64,000 bases of DNA, from the NCBI GenBank assembly GCA_018992685.1, contig JACVGT010000008.1, forward strand, positions 67,414 through 131,413. The letters run 5' to 3'. Shown here piece by piece: positions 7,962-18,352 of the stretch (the first letter of the stretch is position 1; each line of letters begins with the position of its first letter). Both the position numbers and the translations under genes were made by a program. Under the pieces are notes generated by a model that was not told where the DNA came from, made no database searches, and saw only the letters and a program-made list of their open reading frames with translations. Source of the DNA: Theionarchaea archaeon. GTDB taxonomy: Archaea > Methanobacteriota_B > Thermococci > Methanofastidiosales > SZ-28-30.

Positions 7962-9060
7962 ACCGGTCCCACCAGTACTTCACTACATTGAAGTTCTTTT
8001 CCCTGGCAATGCAGGCGATTCCCCCATCACCAAAGCTCTTCACAACATCCCCGATATAATATCGGGGAAATAAACTGGAAGATACGATAAGCCTTCCCCT
8101 TTCCCCTTTTTTCATTTCGTATAACATTTTTATTCTTTTTCCTGTTTGGACTTCAAAAAAGTAATAATCATAATTGGGAAAGCAGTACGGCCTCTCATCC
8201 AGCTGCTGGGCATAGAACCCTTCTGTTGCCCCATAGATATCGCGGAGAGCCTTATATCTGTACATTCCGCGCAGGGCAGGGTTATACCTGGCGTGTACGT
8301 TAGGGAGGCTGCTGGATATTAAGAGGAGGTCCTTCCACTTGTCTTTGGGGTATACTCCGAACTTCTTCTTGGTCACCTTCCCGAAGAGTAACATCAGTTG
8401 GGCAATCCCTATCATGGCAGTGACGTTAAGTGATTCTGCCTTTTCACAGATGTAGTTAAGTCGCTCCCTGCTCTCTGCTTCAACCCGTTGAGTCCCGAAC
8501 TGGTTGATCTCTTCCACCGGGTACACCAGGTTCAGCCCCATCTTCTGAGATATATGTTTGGAGTATACACCTGAGGAGTATCCATAGACCTGTTCAGTAT
8601 CCCCAAATGACTCCGTGCCTGCAACTGACGGATAGATGAACAACAGGATGTGGCCCTCAAATAATGAGATATCTCCTGTCTTGTACACATAATTCATGAG
8701 ACACCGGGGGCCCAGGACAAACCGCTCCTCAATTTCTGTCTCTGTATAGGGAATGATCTTGGAGGGTCCTGTGGTGCCCCTGGTGATGCCCCAATCGATG
8801 GGTTTATCTGTGAGTAAAGCCTGCCAGGAGCCCTTTTTCACCTTCTGGAGCCAGGGAGCAAACTGAGAGAACGTGGCCACAGGGAACGTCTTCTGGTATT
8901 CCTCTATGGTGTTGATATCCTGTGCCCCAAATGTCTTCCCATATTCTGTTTTCCGGTACTTCCCGATAAGAGTTTGGAACACCCTGTCCTGGGCTTCCTC
9001 TGGATGTTCAAGTGCTGAATACCACGGGCTCACAAAGAACTCCAGGAAGTTGCTGCTCAT
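7942..9060 (-). CDS. GH3-family acyl-adenylate-forming protein
   Basis: TRGTTGPSKIIP, YGATEG and RYYIGDVV match GH3/ANL motifs. Confidence 0.75.
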   Translation of the reverse strand: MSSNFLEFFVSPWYSALEHPEEAQDRVFQTLIGKYRKTEYGKTFGAQDINTIEEYQKTFPVATFSQFAPWLQKVKKGSWQALLTDKPIDWGITRGTTGPSKIIPYTETEIEERFVLGPRCLMNYVYKTGDISLFEGHILLFIYPSVAGTESFGDTEQVYGYSSGVYSKHISQKMGLNLVYPVEEINQFGTQRVEAESRERLNYICEKAESLNVTAMIGIAQLMLLFGKVTKKKFGVYPKDKWKDLLLISSSLPNVHARYNPALRGMYRYKALRDIYGATEGFYAQQLDERPYCFPNYDYYFFEVQTGKRIKMLYEMKKGERGRLIVSSSLFPRYYIGDVVKSFGDGGIACIAREKNFNVVKYWWDRFMGFSL

Positions 9061-9122
9061 GACATGGTCAGCCCACCAGCATAAATAAGGTTATGGGGCT
9101 GAAGGGCCACCAGCCCGTCATC

Positions 9123-11642
9123 CTACTTGATTTTCCTGATGAGAGAGCTTCCATCTGGCAGTTCCTCAGCCAGAAATGCCTCTGGCAGAGCTTCTTTAAT
9201 CTCATCAAGGTGGGTGATTACCACAATCTGGGCAAAGTGGTTTCGAAGCTCAGCAATGGCCGCAAGCAGCATCCTTCGTCTCTCAACATCAAAGCTGCCA
9301 AAACATTCATCCAGGAATAAGCTCTGGATGCGGGCAAAACTCCTCAGGGAGGATAAGGACACCAGAACCTGTGAAATGCCAATTCGCAAGCACAAGTTAA
9401 TCAAATCCTTTTCCCCACCGGAAAACCGAGATATGGGGTAGTACTCCCCATCATAGTACACGGTAACTGAGTAGTCCTTCCCCAGGTCAATATAGGGGTA
9501 TTTCCCCTCAGTAATCTCTCTCAGCAGAGAGGAAGCTTCGTTCCTGATTCTTGGCCTCAGCCGGGACTGTATCTGCACCGGTATCTGTCTGAATGACTCC
9601 TGCAATACGCCGTAGGTCACAATCATTGACTCAAGGTCTTTCTGGTTTTTCTTCAGATCCTTCACTTCCTCTTTCACGCGGTGCAGTCTCTGTATCTCTT
9701 TTTCCCTTTCCTGGTATACAGTCTTCTTTTCTGTATACTGTCTGGATACGTCCAGCTCTTTCTCCACAAAGCGATCCTTCCTGTCCTTTGCTGCCTTGAA
9801 CTTATCTGGAATGGCCACCATCCTTTCAATGCTGGTCTTTATCTCTTTTGCCTCACGCATCTTTCTATCCAGGAGAGCCTCTGCTTCTGCCATGATCCGT
9901 GATATGTCATCTTTTCTGGAAATTCGTTCTGTCAGTTTGATGATCTCCCGCTCCACTGCAGACATGTCTTCCACGTTCTTCTTAGTTGTCTCATAGGTGA
10001 CAGGGTCAAAGTGAAGGCGGTCTATCTCCTCTCTCAGGTTCTGGATCTGGATCTTTCCTTTTTCCAGATCGAACAACTTCTTCCTGGTTTCTTCAGTTTC
10101 CTCCTGGACGTCCTTTTTCCTTCTCTTGATCGTCTCAAGGTTGACTTCAGCCTTCATGTACTGCTGCTCATCTTTTCTCAATGCTGCAAGGTTATCTTCC
10201 TTCTTCTTCAACTCCTGTATCCTGGACTCCAGTTCCCTTCTCATTTCAAGAAGGTGTCTCTCCCGTGTGAGACACTTCTCCAGAATCTTTTCATGAGCCA
10301 GAATCTCAGAACGGCAGCGGGTGATCAGCTGCTCCATATGGGCCTTTTCCAGGGGTCTCTTGCACTTGGGGCAGGGTGCGCCCACTCCCAGTGATTCCAC
10401 ATCTTCAAGTTCAAGGGTAAGATCAGCAATCTTTGCCTGGTATGTTTTTTTCTCTGCTAGGAGCTCAGCCTCCTTGTCCTTCATCTTGTCCAGTTTGCCT
10501 GCTTCCTCTTCTCTTTTCTGGGGGATATCACTCAACGCACTCATTTTCTCCCTTAGAGACTCAAGTGCTACCCTTATACCTTTCAATTCTTCTTCCTGGG
10601 CTTCCAGGTTCAGAATCTCAGCGGTGCAGCCAGCCAGTCGATCTTCAAGGTGCTTCTGGGTTACTGTGATTTCAGTCTCCAGGTTCTCCTTCTCCTTCAC
10701 TTTCCTATCATAGCCTGATTTGAGACGATCCAACCTTGAAAAGGACTCCTTCACCTTCAAGAACTCGTCATACTGCGGCTGCAATTCCTTTTTCCTCACA
10801 TCTGCTTTTTCAATCTCTCCAAGGTCTTTCTTCCTTTCCTCGAGAGTCTGTCTGGCATTGGCACTATCTGTTTCCAGGATTTTCAGTCGGTACTGCTGTT
10901 CCTGGTAGTGTTGATACTCTTTCTCCAGCGATGAGTATTCCTGCTTCGCAGATTCAGACTCCTGTCGTGTCCCATCGTACTCCTGTTTCAGGTGCTCCAC
11001 TGTCTTCTTCAGCTGTGCTAGGGCCTCCTCCAGTCCCGGCAGTTCACCCATGTCTTTTTCTTTCTCTTTCACAACCCGTGTAATAGCCTGCAGTTCATTC
11101 TCCTTCTCCTTTTTCCTGTTCTTGGCTACGTCTTCAAATTTCTCATAAACTTTCAGGTTGAATAACCGATTAATCAACTTCTTGCGTTCAGAAGCAATTT
11201 TCGAGGTGATCAAATCCAGTTCTTTCTGCCTGATGAATGAGGAGGAGACAAACCCCTTCACATTCAGCCCGATATCCTGCTCAACCCGGGCCACCACTTC
11301 CGTGGACTTTCTCGCCTGCAATTTCCCATCAATCCACAGTCGGGACTTGATCCCACGCTTTGCATTGAGGTACCGGGTTACCTTGTACACATGAGAACCC
11401 AGCAAAAACTCCACTTCCACTCCCATTTCTTCCTCTCCATCCCTGATGAGATCCTTCTGCTTGACGCCTTCCTTCCCTTCCATGCTCTGCGCCACTCCGT
11501 ACAGCCCCCAGGTCACGGCCTCAAGGAGAGAGGATTTGCCTGCCCCGTTATTCCCAAATATGCCAATTAAAGAATTGTCTAGATCTATTTTGGCCTTCTT
11601 GTACTTCTTGAAGTTTACCAGGTGTACAGACTTCAAAATCAT
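9123..11642 (-). CDS. rad50: Rad50/SbcC SMC-like ATPase
   Basis: Walker A GNNGAGKS, long coiled coil, Zn-hook CPKC, FSGGE signature, FLDE Walker B, ITH. Confidence 0.93.
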   Translation of the reverse strand: MILKSVHLVNFKKYKKAKIDLDNSLIGIFGNNGAGKSSLLEAVTWGLYGVAQSMEGKEGVKQKDLIRDGEEEMGVEVEFLLGSHVYKVTRYLNAKRGIKSRLWIDGKLQARKSTEVVARVEQDIGLNVKGFVSSSFIRQKELDLITSKIASERKKLINRLFNLKVYEKFEDVAKNRKKEKENELQAITRVVKEKEKDMGELPGLEEALAQLKKTVEHLKQEYDGTRQESESAKQEYSSLEKEYQHYQEQQYRLKILETDSANARQTLEERKKDLGEIEKADVRKKELQPQYDEFLKVKESFSRLDRLKSGYDRKVKEKENLETEITVTQKHLEDRLAGCTAEILNLEAQEEELKGIRVALESLREKMSALSDIPQKREEEAGKLDKMKDKEAELLAEKKTYQAKIADLTLELEDVESLGVGAPCPKCKRPLEKAHMEQLITRCRSEILAHEKILEKCLTRERHLLEMRRELESRIQELKKKEDNLAALRKDEQQYMKAEVNLETIKRRKKDVQEETEETRKKLFDLEKGKIQIQNLREEIDRLHFDPVTYETTKKNVEDMSAVEREIIKLTERISRKDDISRIMAEAEALLDRKMREAKEIKTSIERMVAIPDKFKAAKDRKDRFVEKELDVSRQYTEKKTVYQEREKEIQRLHRVKEEVKDLKKNQKDLESMIVTYGVLQESFRQIPVQIQSRLRPRIRNEASSLLREITEGKYPYIDLGKDYSVTVYYDGEYYPISRFSGGEKDLINLCLRIGISQVLVSLSSLRSFARIQSLFLDECFGSFDVERRRMLLAAIAELRNHFAQIVVITHLDEIKEALPEAFLAEELPDGSSLIRKIK

Positions 11643-12697
11643 CCCAAAATCTCCTTAATAATGGTAAGTCCTTCTGACAGGGCTTCTTCCTTTTGTGCTG
11701 CCTCCAGATACCGTTTCAACTCTTCCTGGGGTGTATACATTACGTCTTCATCTTTGATCTCTTCAACCTCTTCAGCTAGGGTGGAGTCCTTCAGGGAAAA
11801 ATGCAATGCGTCCTGTGCCTTTTCTCTGATAAGAGTAAAATTGGTGTCCTTCCTGGTCACAGGATCAAGTTCTCCTTTTAGTATCAATCGAACGATTTTG
11901 TCCTGAATGTTCGTCAGCAACGACTGAGATTCTTCTGTAATTTCAAATCCCGTTTTCCCTGTGCAGGTGTACTCAAAGTCTATCATATCTCTGCTGGGGA
12001 TGGCAACAAAATCATAGTCATCATCATATACTACAAATCCCTTTTTCTCATCTTTTTCATTAAAATCGTATCGCTCAAGAGAACCTGAATACACCATGTT
12101 GGAGAGGGCCTGATGTCTGTGGACGTGCCCGAGAGCACAGTATGCATAGGGGGGCACCAACCCTGCCTTGACTGTATCATCCACGTACTCCATGAATCGC
12201 TCAGAACCCCAGACTGCCCCCTCTACTACTGCATGAAGCATCAGCACGTTTATTCGCCCCTCCCGGGGAGGTGGAATGTACTGGACTGGATCTCGGGTAA
12301 AGGGGACACCCGCTATGGTGTAGGGCCCCACATCCTTCTGGAAGGGTTCCAGCCTGATATGGATGAAAGGAATATCCAGATACAGAGAGAGCGGGTTCCT
12401 GACGCCCTTTGAACGAGGTGTCTCATGGTTTCCTGGAATCAAGAAGGTGGTAATCGTGTGAGCTGACAGCCGCTTCAGCTGATCCTGAGCAAACTTGCGA
12501 ATGAAATTGGTGGGATTTACCCTGTCAAAAAGATCGCCAGAAAACACAAAGGCGTCGGGTCGAATTTCCAGAACGTGTGTGACCACCTGCTCGAAGGCAC
12601 TGCAAAAGTCCATCATCCTCACATTGAGGCCCGTTTCTGTGTCAATCCTCTGGTACCTGGTGACTCCCAGATGAGCGTCAGCAGCATGCACAATCAT
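11639..12697 (-). CDS. mre11: Mre11/SbcD nuclease
   Basis: Phosphoesterase motifs DAHLG, GDLFD, GNHE, GHVH, YSGS. ATGA-coupled to rad50. Confidence 0.92.
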   Translation of the reverse strand: MIVHAADAHLGVTRYQRIDTETGLNVRMMDFCSAFEQVVTHVLEIRPDAFVFSGDLFDRVNPTNFIRKFAQDQLKRLSAHTITTFLIPGNHETPRSKGVRNPLSLYLDIPFIHIRLEPFQKDVGPYTIAGVPFTRDPVQYIPPPREGRINVLMLHAVVEGAVWGSERFMEYVDDTVKAGLVPPYAYCALGHVHRHQALSNMVYSGSLERYDFNEKDEKKGFVVYDDDYDFVAIPSRDMIDFEYTCTGKTGFEITEESQSLLTNIQDKIVRLILKGELDPVTRKDTNFTLIREKAQDALHFSLKDSTLAEEVEEIKDEDVMYTPQEELKRYLEAAQKEEALSEGLTIIKEILG

Positions 12698-12813
12698 GAA
12701 TTGGTTGTTCTTTGAAACGTTATAAAGGTTCCGACAAATGCATGATTCCCTTCAAAGTGGGATACCTAACCCGAGAAGGAGCGCATGATCGGTTTGGATA
12801 TATGATCTCTCAT

Positions 12814-12840
12814 TTCTGAATTATCCACCGTAAATCGAAT
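12814..12840. repeat. 27-bp dispersed repeat, copy 1 (exact inverted copy at 42482-42508)
   Basis: TTCTGAATTATCCACCGTAAATCGAAT is the exact reverse complement of 42482-42508. Confidence 0.9.
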
Positions 12841-12923
12841 GCCCATTGAGTTGAACTTCGGTGGATGTACAGCACGTCGTGGCAGAAAATGCAGGGGTTT
12901 CCAGCAGCAGAGTATCCTCAGCG

Positions 12924-15149
12924 TCAGGTAGTATGCTTTGGATCAATACACTGCTTTTCCTTCTTCTTTCCCAGAATAATCAAGGGAGCACCACACTCAC
13001 ACTTCTCGTTCAGAAAGGTGACATTCCCTCTCTGGGGCAGAGGATATGATCGTGTGCACGCAGGATATCCTGAACATCCCACAAACCGCTTTCCTGTCTT
13101 CTTGGAGTAGATCAGTTTCAAGTCCTTGCCACATGCTGGACAGATACCCACAATTTCCTGATTATTTGCATGACTTTCACAACTCGGGTTGAGACAGTAC
13201 GTTCTCCCGCTGATTTTCACCAAGGGCGCCCCACACTCACACACTTCCTCAGTTGGAGCTACCTTCCCCTTCTGAGGCAGGGGATACGAATGAGTGCAGT
13301 TGGGGTATCCCGAACACCCCACAAACCGCTTCCTGGTCTTCTTTGAGCGGATAATCCTCAGTTTCTCTCCACACAGAGGGCACGTCCCCACGACATTCTC
13401 TCGATCCAGGGTCTCCTTCAATCCCTCATAGATAATCTTTCCAATTTCTGCTTCTTTTTCTTTGAATTTTTCAAAGATTCCCGTCAACTCCTTCTGCGCC
13501 TCTGTGATGACAGCGTCTTTCTCCTTCTTTCCCTCATAGATTTCATCCATCTCTTTTTCAAAGTGCCTGGTCAGCCGTACCGAGACGATCTGGGGACAAT
13601 CCTTGGTCAGAGCCTCCACCGTCTTCTCCCCGAGAGGTGTAACTTCTATCTGCTTCTCCGTGATGTACCCCCGTTCATACAGGATATCAATGATCTGAGC
13701 TCGGGTAGCCTTGGTGCCTATCCCCAGCTTCTCCATCATTTTCACTGCTGAAGCAGGGTTGTATCTGGGGGGAGGTTTTGTCTCCTTGCTCAATACCTGG
13801 GGTGTCACCTCAACCTCTTCACCCTTCTCCAGGTGAGGAAGCGGTTCTTCCACAATCTTGGCATAGTCTCTGTAGTACCGCAGCCACCCATCCTTCACCG
13901 TGATATTTCCCTGAGTAAGGAACGGGTGCTCCCCTACCGTAATCTCCACTTTTGTTGACTGGTAGACAGAAGGGTCAGCAAACCCTGCAAAGAATCGCTT
14001 CACAATCAGATCGTACACCTTGTGCATGGGAGCAGTCAGTTTCTTGGGCTGGTCTCCCGTGGGGTGAATGGCAGGATGTGCAGGGTCATCCTTCCGTCCC
14101 TGCGCTGAAACCAATGCAGTCTGCATGATCTCTGAGGCGAAGGTGGCATACTGAGGACTCCCCGACAATCCTTTCAATATCCGCTTGAAATCCAGTTTGG
14201 CAGGGAGCTTCTGAGATGCTGTCCGGGGGTAAGAGATTGCTCCCATTTCATAGAGCCCCTGGGCCAGCTTCTGAGTGGTCTGGGGTGTATATCTGAAATT
14301 CTTCCAGCATTCAGACTGCAGCAATCCTAAATCCATGGGAATGGGTGGATTCCTGGTTTTCTTCTTCTGATCCAGATCAGTGACAACTCCCGTGGCGCCT
14401 AAACACTCCTGGTAGATTCTCTGAGCCTCTTCCTCTGTCGTGAGCCTCTGGGGGTACTTTGCCTGTACCGGTATCCCGTCCTTCTGGAATTCGATGATCA
14501 CTTCCCAGTAGGGTTCCGAGATAAAACCAGCAATTTCCCGCTCCCTTTTTTCCAGGAACACCAGGGTTGGAGTCTGCACTCTCCCTGCTGACAACAGCTT
14601 GAACTGTCCCACTGCAGTCTTTAGAGAACTGGACAGAGCCTTGGATACATTCATGCCCCATATCCAGTCCAGTTCGTGGCGGGCCAGTCCAGCGTCTATC
14701 ATGGCAAATCCAGGGGGCTCAAGGCTGTCAAATGCACTGGCCAGCTCAGTGGTGGTGAGCGTGGAATACCGCATTCTCCTGGACTGAGAAATATCTGCCT
14801 TACAGGCAAATCGAAGAGCATTATACCCGATAACAGATCCTTCCACATCATAATCACACGCATTAACAAATTCATCTGCGTCCTTTGCCAGAAACTGAAG
14901 GTTCTTCACATAGCTCTTGGCATAGGCCACGTCAGTGGGGACCCATTCAACATCGAAAACTGGATAGTCTCTAAAAGGAACGGCACTTTTCAAATGGTAC
15001 AAATGGCCAACTGCAGGTGCTACCACAATATCTCCCACCACGTAGTACGGAGCATTGTTCTTCTTCTTTTTCTCTGGTTTTCCCAGGGCGCTGGCAATTT
15101 TCAAGGCAACCTTGGGTTTCTCTGCCACTATCAGGATCATCACCTCCAA
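12924..15149 (-). CDS. topA: Type IA DNA topoisomerase with duplicated C-terminal Zn ribbons
   Basis: IVAEKP Toprim, DYDVEG, SAGRVQTP, catalytic ISYPRT, GIGTKATRA, two copies of CPxCG...FVGCSGYPxC. Confidence 0.95.
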   Translation of the reverse strand: MEVMILIVAEKPKVALKIASALGKPEKKKKNNAPYYVVGDIVVAPAVGHLYHLKSAVPFRDYPVFDVEWVPTDVAYAKSYVKNLQFLAKDADEFVNACDYDVEGSVIGYNALRFACKADISQSRRMRYSTLTTTELASAFDSLEPPGFAMIDAGLARHELDWIWGMNVSKALSSSLKTAVGQFKLLSAGRVQTPTLVFLEKREREIAGFISEPYWEVIIEFQKDGIPVQAKYPQRLTTEEEAQRIYQECLGATGVVTDLDQKKKTRNPPIPMDLGLLQSECWKNFRYTPQTTQKLAQGLYEMGAISYPRTASQKLPAKLDFKRILKGLSGSPQYATFASEIMQTALVSAQGRKDDPAHPAIHPTGDQPKKLTAPMHKVYDLIVKRFFAGFADPSVYQSTKVEITVGEHPFLTQGNITVKDGWLRYYRDYAKIVEEPLPHLEKGEEVEVTPQVLSKETKPPPRYNPASAVKMMEKLGIGTKATRAQIIDILYERGYITEKQIEVTPLGEKTVEALTKDCPQIVSVRLTRHFEKEMDEIYEGKKEKDAVITEAQKELTGIFEKFKEKEAEIGKIIYEGLKETLDRENVVGTCPLCGEKLRIIRSKKTRKRFVGCSGYPNCTHSYPLPQKGKVAPTEEVCECGAPLVKISGRTYCLNPSCESHANNQEIVGICPACGKDLKLIYSKKTGKRFVGCSGYPACTRSYPLPQRGNVTFLNEKCECGAPLIILGKKKEKQCIDPKHTT

Positions 15150-15245
15150 AGGAATAGGCCCTACTTATAAAGGTTTGGAACGGTAGGAAGAACCCTGCAG
15201 GATACGGGAAAGATAACTCTTTTAAGGAATGCTGAAAAAAAAAGA

Positions 15246-15623
15246 ATGGTGACTGCTATGGACATGATCAGAAAGGTATTCTGTGGAGAAGATGTCTCAT
15301 GTGTAGAAGAATGGGCCAAGTCCAGGCACCTCTCACAGGAACTTATTTCCCACATCTATCAGACTCTCGTGGAGCCCAGGAACGCCCATCAACACATTGA
15401 AGCCCTGTACACGCTGTTTGAAAAAGAGGAAGATGAGGACACCAAGAATAAGATTCGCATGGCACTGATCCGCGTACAATTATTCTCTCAGTACCATATG
15501 TTTGAGAAATCTGAATTTCGTGATGCTGGAGATATTGCAACCTCTCTGGAGAGAATGTTATTTGGATACAATCTGCTGGAGGGGAAGAAACCCAAGAAAG
15601 AAGAAGAGTCTTCAGAGATGTAG
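15246..15623 (+). CDS. Hypothetical helical protein
   Basis: 125-aa ORF divergent from topA with a TATA-like TTTTAA about 25 nt upstream. Confidence 0.6.
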   Translation: MVTAMDMIRKVFCGEDVSCVEEWAKSRHLSQELISHIYQTLVEPRNAHQHIEALYTLFEKEEDEDTKNKIRMALIRVQLFSQYHMFEKSEFRDAGDIATSLERMLFGYNLLEGKKPKKEEESSEM

Positions 15624-15743
15624 GAGGCTGCTGGTGGATTGCACGGGAAGGAGCTGCCCTCTGTAACCCAGTGATTAATGCTGTTTCAACCACGGAATTC
15701 CACAAACAACCTTTATAAAGGAGTGGGTCCTAGCTAACAGGCT

Positions 15744-17240
15744 ATGATTCTGCTCATGATCCTGGACGGCTGGGGAATCTCAGAAAAGGTGGAAGGCAAT
15801 GCCATACGACAGGCCAGAACGCCAGCGTATTGTGCCCTTCTTTCGAGGTATCCTCACACAGAGCTGGGGGCATCAGGAGAAGATGTCGGTCTCCCGGAAG
15901 GTCAAATGGGAAATTCTGAAGTGGGTCACATGAACCTGGGAGCAGGAAGAATTGTCTACCAGGATTATACCAGGATCAACAGATCCATCAGGGACGGAAG
16001 TTTCTTCAAAAAAGAACCTCTGATAAGAGCTGTCAAGAGGACGAAGGACAGAAAGTCCACACTCCATCTGATGGGGCTCGTGTCGGATGGTGGAGTCCAC
16101 AGCTCCATGGACCACCTGGTTGCTTTGTTGAAGCTGGCAGCCAGCCACAAGGTGAATACCGTGGTTCATCCCTTTCTGGATGGGAGAGATGTCCTGCCCA
16201 AGAGTGCCCTCACGTATATCCAGCAGTTGAAAGAGAACATGGACGAACTGCATACAGGCAGTATCGGCACTGTCATGGGCAGGTACTACGCCATGGACCG
16301 CGACAACAGATGGAGGAGAACCCAGAGAGCATATGAAGCTTTGACGGGGGTTACGGGGCTGAGGTGTGGCACTGCAGAAGACGCGATTAAGGAGTCCTAT
16401 ACCAAGGGAGAGACTGACGAGTTTGTACAGCCCACCATCATAGGAGAAACCATCAATGACGGAGATTCCCTTATCTTCTTCAATTTCCGTCCTGACAGGG
16501 CCCGTCAGCTGACCAGGGCATTTGTGGATGATCCTTTCCCTCATTTTGAGAGAAAGAAACTGGACGTATTGTTCGTGTGCATGACAGAATATGAAGATGA
16601 TATTTCTGCCCCTGTCGTATTTCGTCCCCTCTCCCTCAAGAATACCCTGGGGGAGGTATTGAGCACTCATCATTTGAGGCAGCTGCGCATTGCAGAAACG
16701 GAAAAGTATTATCACGTCACGTATTTCTTTAATGGAGGAAGAGAAGAGCCATTTGACGGAGAAGACCGTGTCTTGATTCCCTCACCAAAGGTAGCTACCT
16801 ATGACATGCAGCCCGAAATGTCAGCCCACCGTGTGACAGCAAGAGTTGTCGGAGAAATTGAGTCTGGAAAATACGATGTTATTATCCTGAATTTCGCCAA
16901 CCCGGATATGGTGGCCCATACGGGGGATCTTGCTGCAGGGATTGCCGCCATCGAGACGGTGGATACCTGCATGGGACAGATTGTTGACGCGTGTAAGGTG
17001 AACTCCACAGGCAACGTCGTGATAGTAACAGGCGACCACGGGAATGCAGAGCAGATGGTTGAGGAAACCTCAATGGAACCCTTTACTGCTCACACACCAA
17101 ATTCTGTTCCCTTTATCATCACACAGCAGTGTCACGTGCGTTCAGGAATTCTTGCAGATGTAGCACCCACCATTCTTGACCTTCTGGGCATTGAGAAGCC
17201 GCGAGAAATGGATGGGGAAACATTAATAAAGACGTCTTAG
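15744..17240 (+). CDS. gpmI: 2,3-BPG-independent phosphoglycerate mutase (bacterial-type)
   Basis: ILDGWG, GQMGNSEVGH, GRYYAMDRD, NFRPDRAR, AETEKY, NPDMVAH, GDHGNAE. Confidence 0.95.
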   Translation: MILLMILDGWGISEKVEGNAIRQARTPAYCALLSRYPHTELGASGEDVGLPEGQMGNSEVGHMNLGAGRIVYQDYTRINRSIRDGSFFKKEPLIRAVKRTKDRKSTLHLMGLVSDGGVHSSMDHLVALLKLAASHKVNTVVHPFLDGRDVLPKSALTYIQQLKENMDELHTGSIGTVMGRYYAMDRDNRWRRTQRAYEALTGVTGLRCGTAEDAIKESYTKGETDEFVQPTIIGETINDGDSLIFFNFRPDRARQLTRAFVDDPFPHFERKKLDVLFVCMTEYEDDISAPVVFRPLSLKNTLGEVLSTHHLRQLRIAETEKYYHVTYFFNGGREEPFDGEDRVLIPSPKVATYDMQPEMSAHRVTARVVGEIESGKYDVIILNFANPDMVAHTGDLAAGIAAIETVDTCMGQIVDACKVNSTGNVVIVTGDHGNAEQMVEETSMEPFTAHTPNSVPFIITQQCHVRSGILADVAPTILDLLGIEKPREMDGETLIKTS

Positions 17241-17251
17241 AAGATGAGTGC

Positions 17252-18271
17252 ATGGCCAAGACGAAGAAAAGGAAACCGTTGGAAAAGAAGCCAGCCACCA
17301 ACATGTTCCTGGGAGGCGGGCTGAATTTCCTGATTCTGGGAGGGTTTATTGCTATCACGTACTACACCCTGTACACTCTGATTATGGTGGAAGCATCCCC
17401 GAAAGACGTGTCGTACACACTCATTCTGCAGGTCCTCAAGGCAGTTGGCATTCTCCTGCTTCTCTTCGGTGTGGTTGTTCTGTCATACGCCTTTTTGAAA
17501 GAAAGGGGGGAACTGAAAGAGTATGGAGGTGCCCTTCTGGTGTCTGGAGGGGTCGTGTCCATTCCGGCTGTGGTAGTCTCTTCGTACTATTTCGTGACTG
17601 CGCTGGAAGGACAGACCATGACCCCGCAGTCATTTCTGAGCTTGAACCTGCCCACTCTTTTGACTGATTTCAGTAAAGTGTATGTATTTGTGGCCATCCT
17701 GTTCCTGGGTATCTTTTTCTGGGAACGCAGGAGGCAGAGATCCTGGGCTGCAGTATGCTGTACAGCTGGGGCTGCGATCTGGAGTGCTGCGCTTGTGGTA
17801 GCCTTTTATAATACCTATGACATGTACAAGACGTTCATGGAGATGTACAGTACCAGCAGGGACCTGATTATTTCTCAGTTTGTGGTTCCAGATCTCCTGA
17901 ACAATGCATCCCGGCTGCTGACAGTGGTGGGACTGTTGCTGCTTGGAGCAAGCTATCTCCAAAGACATAACCTGCAGAGATGGGCAGGCAGGTTCTGGAC
18001 TTTTGGAGGAGCAGTAGGAGTTTTTCATTGGTTCCTGCGACTGAGCCTGGACTCCAAGATGATACGAAACGAGATGACAGGAGTACGGCAGTCCATCATG
18101 GAGCTGACCCCGTACACCACCACGTTCAAGGACATGTCTCTGAACATTGAGACGATGAAGGAGTTCTATGCGAAGGTGATGATTCCTACCTATCTGGAGG
18201 AATTCATGCTGATCGCTGTGTTTGCAGCTATTACAGCTATCGGAGTCTACCTGTGGACCAGGAGACGCTGA
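17252..18271 (+). CDS. Polytopic membrane protein of unknown function
   Basis: About 8 hydrophobic segments, 11 nt after gpmI. Confidence 0.7.
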   Translation: MAKTKKRKPLEKKPATNMFLGGGLNFLILGGFIAITYYTLYTLIMVEASPKDVSYTLILQVLKAVGILLLLFGVVVLSYAFLKERGELKEYGGALLVSGGVVSIPAVVVSSYYFVTALEGQTMTPQSFLSLNLPTLLTDFSKVYVFVAILFLGIFFWERRRQRSWAAVCCTAGAAIWSAALVVAFYNTYDMYKTFMEMYSTSRDLIISQFVVPDLLNNASRLLTVVGLLLLGASYLQRHNLQRWAGRFWTFGGAVGVFHWFLRLSLDSKMIRNEMTGVRQSIMELTPYTTTFKDMSLNIETMKEFYAKVMIPTYLEEFMLIAVFAAITAIGVYLWTRRR

Positions 18272-18352
18272 GATTCCTGTGGTGAGTTCTTAGGCGGACT
18301 CCTGACACGGTACGTAAGGTCAGATAGAAATCCCGGCAGCTGGGAGAAGTAA

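Noticed and set aside
9123-12697. mre11-rad50 without adjacent herA/nurA
   Set aside because: The linkage is not universal in archaea and the genes may lie elsewhere; not assessable from this window.
12821-12829. TTATCCACC resembling a DnaA box or replication origin
   Set aside because: Archaeal context, imperfect match, no box cluster or ORB elements; better explained as part of the 27-bp repeat.
12930-13400. Internal duplication at the topA 3' end
   Set aside because: Tandem Zn-ribbon repeats are a normal feature of type IA topoisomerases.
15744-17240. Bacterial-type gpmI in an archaeon
   Set aside because: Already known in several euryarchaeal lineages; not novel by itself.
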